NCBI RefSeq assembly: GCF_040938485.1
Contig: NW_027271004.1
Location: forward strand, 1,674,001-1,738,000
From: Diadema antillarum
Taxonomy: Eukaryota
Length of the DNA: 64,000 nucleotides
Direction of reading: 5' to 3'
The translations under genes and the position numbers were made by a program. Below the pieces are notes generated by a model. That model did no database searches. It was given only the letters and a program-made list of their open reading frames with translations, and had not been told where the DNA came from. This document shows, piece after piece, positions 56,881 to 64,000 of this stretch. Within the stretch, counting starts at the first letter, position 1. Each line of letters begins with the position of its first letter.

Positions 56881-59800
56881 TCTCACACAAAATTATTGCA
56901 AAACACATGCTAAATGGATGCTACAATGAGTTTTTCTTTGTTCTAACTGCTTCCCTTTTCCTTCCTGGCAGAAATGAGGTGAAAATTCCATAACAAGAAT
57001 GAACCACATTTTTTTTTTCTTCATACGTGAGATGCTTGAAATATATGTTTCATTTCAAGTCATCAAAAATGGCACTTGATGATGTCAGATGTGTAATTTT
57101 CTTTGGGGGGGGGGGGGGGGACACAATTATAAGCTTATTATCAAGTTTGTGGTCTCTAAACCTGTATGATGATACACACGACATAATAAAGGCATTCTTA
57201 CAATCTTTTCAGTACTGATTGTAGGCACAGCTATTACACATACATTGTATAAACAGGAAAGAAAGAGAAAAAAAAAATGAGAATTTGTGGATGCAATTAA
57301 GTATGAGAATGCTGCGATAGAATTCCAATCAGTGCTGACATTTTGTACACTACACATGCTGTCTGTTTTCTTTTTTCTTTCCCGGAGCAGCAATGCTTTT
57401 GGACTGATTCAATGAACATTTACCATGTAGCCTGTAGTCTTATTAAAGGCATGGTACACAGCAAGAACATTATCACAGTGTACACTTGATTACAAATCTA
57501 ACTTCCGACGTAAAGCATTTCTGTTTCAACACAGGTAAAAAAGGGACACTTGATTTGACTTCAATTACATGTGTCCATAATGACAGCAATTCAATAAAAC
57601 AAAAGCCAGTACATCGCCATATGAAAACAAAACAAAAAATCCTCCTTATTTGGAACTGTTCTTTCCCTCATCCAAAGTCTTAAAGATATTGATGATGAAA
57701 TTTAAACAAATTACTTAGGATGGGCCAGAGAAAGTTCATTTCATCCTTGTTTTCACATTACAATAAACCTCACGTAAAATTCAACATCACATAAGTTGAA
57801 AAATTGCCTTTGTTGACGCAGTGAAAAAGTCCAGTAGTTACCTTGTTATTTCTCTTTCTTTTAAGTTTTGTTGACTCAAACATTTGCATGAAGTCAAGAG
57901 ATTTTCAACAGTCCGGTGCATGTGGACTTAAATGAATATGCCTAATTTTCTGTGCTTCAGTGTCCACAAATTTCATATACATTGATTATGTTCTCTCTGT
58001 ACAACCCAAAGGATGATTAGAATGATAACCAATCTCCTGCAATTAATTCAAAACATGCTCAAATTAAGCTGCATTTATTTGGTTGACATATACGATTTAA
58101 ACTTGGCATTGACAGTTGACCTTATATCTGTTCGAAGTGCATCTTTATAAGAAAACAATGAAATCTTTGGCTCAATGTCAGCTAGATCGTGCTTTAGACT
58201 GATACATGCATTTAATAGCAGATTTTAGATTTCGGACTGCGGTACAGTAATGCAGGGGATTTTACATTGAAAAAAAAAAAGAAGCTTCTGAATACATTCT
58301 CATGCTGTTCACACCCAGAATACACATTTTTGTCAAAGCTGGAACAAAATAGATGTGCATTGCTATGAACGCTAACAGGACACACATACATGTGTATTTC
58401 ATTTAATCAAGAAGACATATTTTCTTTGCAGATCCAAACTAACATGGACTATACATCAGTCTCTGATCATGCCTGAAATTCATAGTTTTGCATCTAAAAA
58501 AAGAATATTATCTTGTTAACATTCTCTTATGACGTATATTCACCCAAGTTCCTTCTACCGTACAACCGTAAAAGTAACACAGGTAATAAATATGCCGAAA
58601 CGTATCATACACATTGAGGATAGAAGTATTAGTATTTCATATTTGTGCTTTATACAATATGCGATATCTATTTACAAGTTTTGATGAATTGGCAAAATCA
58701 CATGGTAATATTACTTGGGCGAACGATGGGACGTATTTCTCTCGAACCGCGAGAAACAGTCACGACAGTAATGTGAAACTTTTGGGAAAACACTGTGAAG
58801 ACGTGGTCGAACACCAAAATCCTAGCGATCATGGTGGCTTTTTGCTCTGCGTAGCAAGAACTATGGCAAGTATTAAAAATCAGACAGCACTAGTGTAGCA
58901 CCTATGTCTACCAACAAACACATTCACTCATGTCAGACGCAAAATAAGTACCAGTGCCTTGGTATACAGAACAATGTGACCTGAACCTACAGAAAAATAA
59001 TAATAATGATAGAGTGATAACAATTTGGAACACTAGGCTGGCATGAATATCCCATGTGTATATCAAAACACACACAAACAAACAAACAAACAAGCAAACA
59101 AAAAGCCTGTTTAAACCTGACTTTACGCTGGAGACTAAATGTTGGTACTGACACAATTTTGATGTCACCTTGACTCATCAAAGGCACTTAAAATACAGTT
59201 TTCAATGACATAGTGTGCATGAACTCATACAGCTCTGGGCTTCAGCTGGTTACACCTATAAAACACAGGATAAACATTTAACAAAATCACTTCTATGAGG
59301 ATAATTCATCTACACATGTTAGACATTATTTGGTAACTGGCGCAACAGGTCAGCAAATTAAAGACTCGACATAAGGTAATATTCAAAATAAATGCAATTT
59401 TTTTCATCGAGGGGGCTACCAATACTCAAACAACCCAGCACACACAAAGCAAGCTACGAAATGATTTTAATAAGGAACGACGGAAATCCATGTGTTTCAC
59501 GTAAGGCTACTGTGAAATTTTGCACTCGTATTTACGCAATGAATTTTAGGTGCCACCTTTGTAGCATAATCTGACTGCACTACAAATTGGGAGTTTTGGC
59601 ACAGATGTGCATGTACCACATAGACTTGCTACCAGTAACCATAACAATACATACATCATTCCCACATTTTTCATGAAGAGTTGTAGAAGCGTGCATACAT
59701 GCACAAATGGCCAACATGGATACAAACGAGATGAGATCACCATTAAAAAAAAATAAAAATGATTGATTTCTAATCTTGCTCTGACAGCCTATCATCCCTC

Positions 59801-62626
59801 TACTGAGTTAACAATAAATTAAAATAGATCTAAGGCTCTCCCTGCTTCCATCTTTACAGAGGCATTAAACAACAAAGGCACTTCAAGTACATAAACTGAT
59901 TTCAAATGGCTTCAGAACAGTTTAATGTGCTTTACACACAAACTACAAAAGAGTTTGTCTCCACAATTCAATCCTTTCCGACCAGTGCCTACAAAACTGT
60001 GATGATACACAGCAGGATATCGCTGGTGATCGAAGAAGACACTACAGGGGTCGGTTTCGATTCTCGTGGAATACGAGGAACTCGAACTCCCGGCTCACTA
60101 TGCCAAGTGCGTAGAGTACTGGATGTCCAACAAGCGTGCATTATTTCAGTTTTTTTTCTGTGAATCGATGGCAGAAAGTTGTGACAGTTACAATTTTTAA
60201 AGGCAATCACTGGTAAAAATGCTTTCTCGCGTGCTTTCCTAGCAGCAACAAGACAAGAGAGGAGTTTTGCTAGATTGGAGTACAAACTCATTCTGGCTCC
60301 TAATTTCCACCTTCAGTCTCTCTTTCTTCTCTTTTCATTTTTCTTTGATGCAGAGTAACAAACAATCAAAACAGGATACTTTCTGGTAATGGACAGCCTC
60401 AAGCATCTGCAAACCCCATATGCCATTTTTGTCAACAGCCTGCATATCATTGATTAAACTAAAGACACTGCACATGTAAGCTCATTCATGCTTGCATGAG
60501 GACACAGCAAAACAATATTATTGCAACTTCTAACAAAACCTGAATGTCGATGATGCAAGCTATTTTGCTTCTCTGAGTACAATGGAAAACAAATCCAAAA
60601 AAAAAGTCTGAGTTGTACTACCACTAGAGACAAGGAAACTTCAAATCAAATCTTCACCTGGGCAGTGTCTCAGGAAACTTGTCAGTCACTGACAACTGTT
60701 ATAAGCTACTGAAATCTTTGCATCTGATTGGCTGAGAGCAAATGCCTCATCTCATCTGCAAACAGTGAGCAACCTGTTACCCTAAAAGTGCAAGTGACTC
60801 ACAAGTATTTCTGAGCAATTCCATCCGTACATATTCAAGGCCATTACCATATGGGGAAACTCATCAAGTCTAAACTAGCATGTACAATCAATCTTGATAA
60901 CAGCACAGTCTGTAATATAAGTGTATCTAGTCTTCCATGTGCTTACTTCATATGTGCTGGTGGGCATATACCAAGTAATCACTTCTTCTACTGGTTATAC
61001 AAGCGATGATACATGTATAATCATTGCATCGATCATTATTTGACAAGTACAGTCAGCACCAACATACGTACACTACTGCCAACATTCTTCAATCCCAACC
61101 ACCTGCTACTTGTACAAACAACATGGATAATATGCAACAGCATGAATATGCAACAGCATGAATATGCAACTACAGCATCAATATGCAGAATCTCTCACCA
61201 AACCAGTTGACCTTTGACCCCAGGTCAACACACTTCCATTCTCTTGCCAAAGGTAAGAATGGTTATTGGCTGAAATGGTTTCCTTTTTCTTCAGCTGCAT
61301 ACATGTCTAGCTGGCAATGACATTGACTACACGTATTTCCTGTCATTTTGGCATCAAACTCACACAGAGAAAAAAACAAAATCTCAATTTTTAGCACATT
61401 TTATGCAAGATCATTATCTGGAGGAGTAGAGGATGGACTACATACAGTACCATGTGTGGCTGGATGAAAGACTATCTATCACAAAATCTAGAGTTCAATT
61501 GCAAAAACCCATTTCTGTTAACTTGAGGTATTTGAGATTGAAGCAGGTTAAAAACAAAGAAAATGACCCAAAATATATATTTGATAATATTAATGATATC
61601 TTCAAAACTTTTTCTTGCCATGTAAAGAGTAAAGTATCATTGAAAAGATTTTTTTTCAATTTGATGAGGACATTACTTAAAAAATAGAGAAAAAAAGAAC
61701 ATAATGTTTATCAGTTCTTGCATTGAAACATTATATGGTTTTCCCCAATCACTAAAATCTATTTTAAGAATGGAAATAGGGTCATGCACCGGAAGGTAAG
61801 ACATAAATAGATGGGACGGACATATTTCAGCTCTTTTGGTTCCTTTTTCCTTAAATTTTCTTTTCTTTCTTTCTTTTTTTTTGTGGTAGTGTTCATCATC
61901 CTTTAATTTTCCTATCCAAATAAGTGATATGAAATATTCTTTCAAAGGACGACAGTCTGGGAATTCCAAGCCTCTCTAGATGGAGAAAAACTTACCACGA
62001 TGGAAGTTAAATAATGAAATAAGCCAGCTAACAAGATGTGATTTGCGCATGTGCAGAACAAAGGTCAAATGAGAATGTCTGTGAATTTCCCACTGACTTC
62101 AAAAATGGAAAGAATCCTCAGGCAAGCTCTATCTCTCTATAGAATGTCTGTGTTTCACACTCGGAATTTGCAGGTGAAACTAATTCATCTACAATGTCTA
62201 ACAAAAGCTCTCTCGATGCATTTCATTTACAATGCTTACAAAGATGCTTCATAACAAGACCTTTCTATGTTACTTGAAAGTCTGTGGTGCAGGGGTCCTT
62301 TGAGACAAAGTACTACCTGTGAATTGGCTTATAGTTGAAATACAAACCTCAGAGTATTGGAAATGACATTGACATGGCCTATTGTATGGAATACTCTCGT
62401 AATAAGAATACAGAAGATTCACTATGATACGCTAACCAGCCATAGAAAAGTATACATGCTTCTCAATTTCTACACGAAGCTTAATGTGCACACACAGTGG
62501 AATGGAATGGCATCTTTTGAATACTAAAATATCTGAATTTGTCTATGAAACAGGATGTGAACAACATTCTAGATACCATTGCGTATGAACAATATGTGCT
62601 TTAACACACAAATATATTTTTCTCTC

Positions 62627-62669
<43 letters not shown>

Positions 62670-62974
62670 CTCTATTGTGTAGCAATAGGCACAGTTCTAC
62701 TATTCATACTTTGGTGAAGAAGGAAATAGTATATCAAAACAAGGTGATAACATGGCAGCTGGTCACGCGAGAAAACAAAGCACGTAATCCAGCCACAAAG
62801 TCTTGATCAGAATCAGCTTCTTCATCATCCTTCATATATATGGAAATCAAATCCAGATGAATCAAGGAATTTCATAAATTCTTGGACAAAGTACTATTGA
62901 ATACATCACAAGTCTCACCATATCTTTCATGGAACAAAATCCTTCTATCAATTCTCTTCAAAACGAGAAATCTG

Positions 62975-63098
62975 GGCCCTGTTTTATCAAAAGATATAAT
63001 CAATTATACATTTCCTTTACCACACAGGCTGCCATAGACTTATGATAGAAGTCAACTATACAATCGATTATAACTCTTCACAGAAATAAAACAGGGCC
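62975..63098. mobile_element. Mini Harbinger-like MITE
   Basis: CTG|GGCCCTGTTTTAT ... ATAAAACAGGGCC|CTG; 3-bp CWG TSD. Confidence 0.65.
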
Positions 63099-63719
63099 CT
63101 GTTGTCATAAACATTTTACACCAACATAGCAGATGAAATGACCAGCTGGTGACTAGAAGAAAATCGATCTCAGTAAAATCTATAATCAAAATTTATATGT
63201 TTAGGTTGATGAAATGAATAATCAACCACTGTTATCAAACTTGATACTCATTTCCCACACAGTCAAATTTATTAAGGCGAAGGTGTGGTGACACAGTGGC
63301 ATTTACAAGTAATCTTCACACAGAGTTGTAAGTTTTGATGGCGCCACTACGTCTTTTCTGATTTTTTTTATCTTGAGAAGAATTGAATACCCAAATTCAC
63401 TGATTTGAAGTCAATATCAGGAATGCTTGCTGTTTATGGCATCACTGAATATCTACACAGAGCAGCTGCAGTCTAACACATCACATCATATTAGATCCAT
63501 AGACGTCGAAATCAGGACACTAAAAGTGGTCCAGAGTTTTGGATATCTTGGCTTCTCTCCCACTGCCATCTCGGCCAAAGAGGGCGGGCTTTCCTCCGAT
63601 CAAACATGGGGGGAGTTTCGCCGCAAGTGAGGACGAGCAAGAGAGCAGTCCTCGGGCCATGGTGCTTAGCTGCACACATGCTTATCCTCTGCATCCGCGG
63701 TCTCCACGGCAACCACAGA

Positions 63720-63821
63720 TTAACTCTGCACCACCGATGTCCACATCATCCCACCCCACTCAGTTGTGGCATGTCCTAAAAACATTATCACCACTCCCAT
63801 ATAAACACTGTGAGGTGGAGC
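63720..63821 (-). other. Candidate terminal exon of an unidentified minus-strand gene
   Basis: Strong acceptor gttgttttccttcgtgcag at 63822-63840 entering a GC-richer island. Each frame stops early: LHLTVFIWEW*, STSQCLYGSGDNVFRTCHN*, APPHSVYMGVVIMFLG...VQS*. Confidence 0.35.
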
Positions 63822-64000
63822 CTGCACGAAGGAAAACAACTTTTGATGCAGCCAATCCTAGTACTATGGTCCTTATATTGCTGCATCTGCGATGTGCATA
63901 CCCGAACACACTGTCATCCAATGCAAATATTACACATTTGTCAATAGTGTTTATAAAACATCACCTCCTGTGTATACTCATATGTTAATCCATCTGGTGT

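Noticed and set aside
56563-56908. Poly-Leu and poly-Ser ORFs
   Set aside because: Translations of the (GAA)n tract
60053-60092. B-box-like motifs suggesting a tRNA or SINE
   Set aside because: No A box at the right spacing and no cloverleaf
63659-63762. Selenocysteine read-through of TGA in the candidate terminal exon (CHN-U-VGW...)
   Set aside because: No known selenoprotein motif, no SECIS identified, and the reading frame is unknown
63539-63988. 149-aa plus-strand ORF as a gene
   Set aside because: No recognisable domain or splice context; likely the antisense of a GC-richer exon

Overview
Eukaryotic genomic DNA, AT-rich and intron-rich; the repeat landscape suggests a marine invertebrate, possibly a sea urchin (inference). 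Two housekeeping genes sit head-to-head with only 237 bp between their ATGs. ANAPC2 (APC/C cullin-like subunit 2, minus strand) has 12 coding exons at 16286-2671 (770 codons); its C-terminal exon is not in the window. ATP13A1 (P5A-ATPase, plus strand) is complete: 27 coding exons at 16524-48773, 1178 aa, one GC-AG intron. I assembled both by hand from splice sites and reading-frame continuity. The introns carry many non-autonomous DNA elements: Helentron/DINE-1-like elements (two with ~158-bp tandem arrays), piggyBac-, Kolobok-, Tc1/pogo-, Harbinger- and hAT/P-like MITEs, and an L2 LINE 3' fragment. From 49 to 64 kb I found no recognisable coding exon except a candidate minus-strand terminal exon near 63.8 kb. 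The most unusual signals are: a ~160-bp hairpin whose irregularities become tandem G.A pairs and a GCGAAGC loop on one strand only; a 152-bp spacerless palindrome where two transcription units appear to converge; possible interdigitated 5' ends of the two genes; and a phase-compatible antisense microexon chain inside ANAPC2. No tRNA, rRNA or CRISPR array was seen. Superfamily labels for repeats rest on termini and target-site duplications (TSDs) only; no database search was run.
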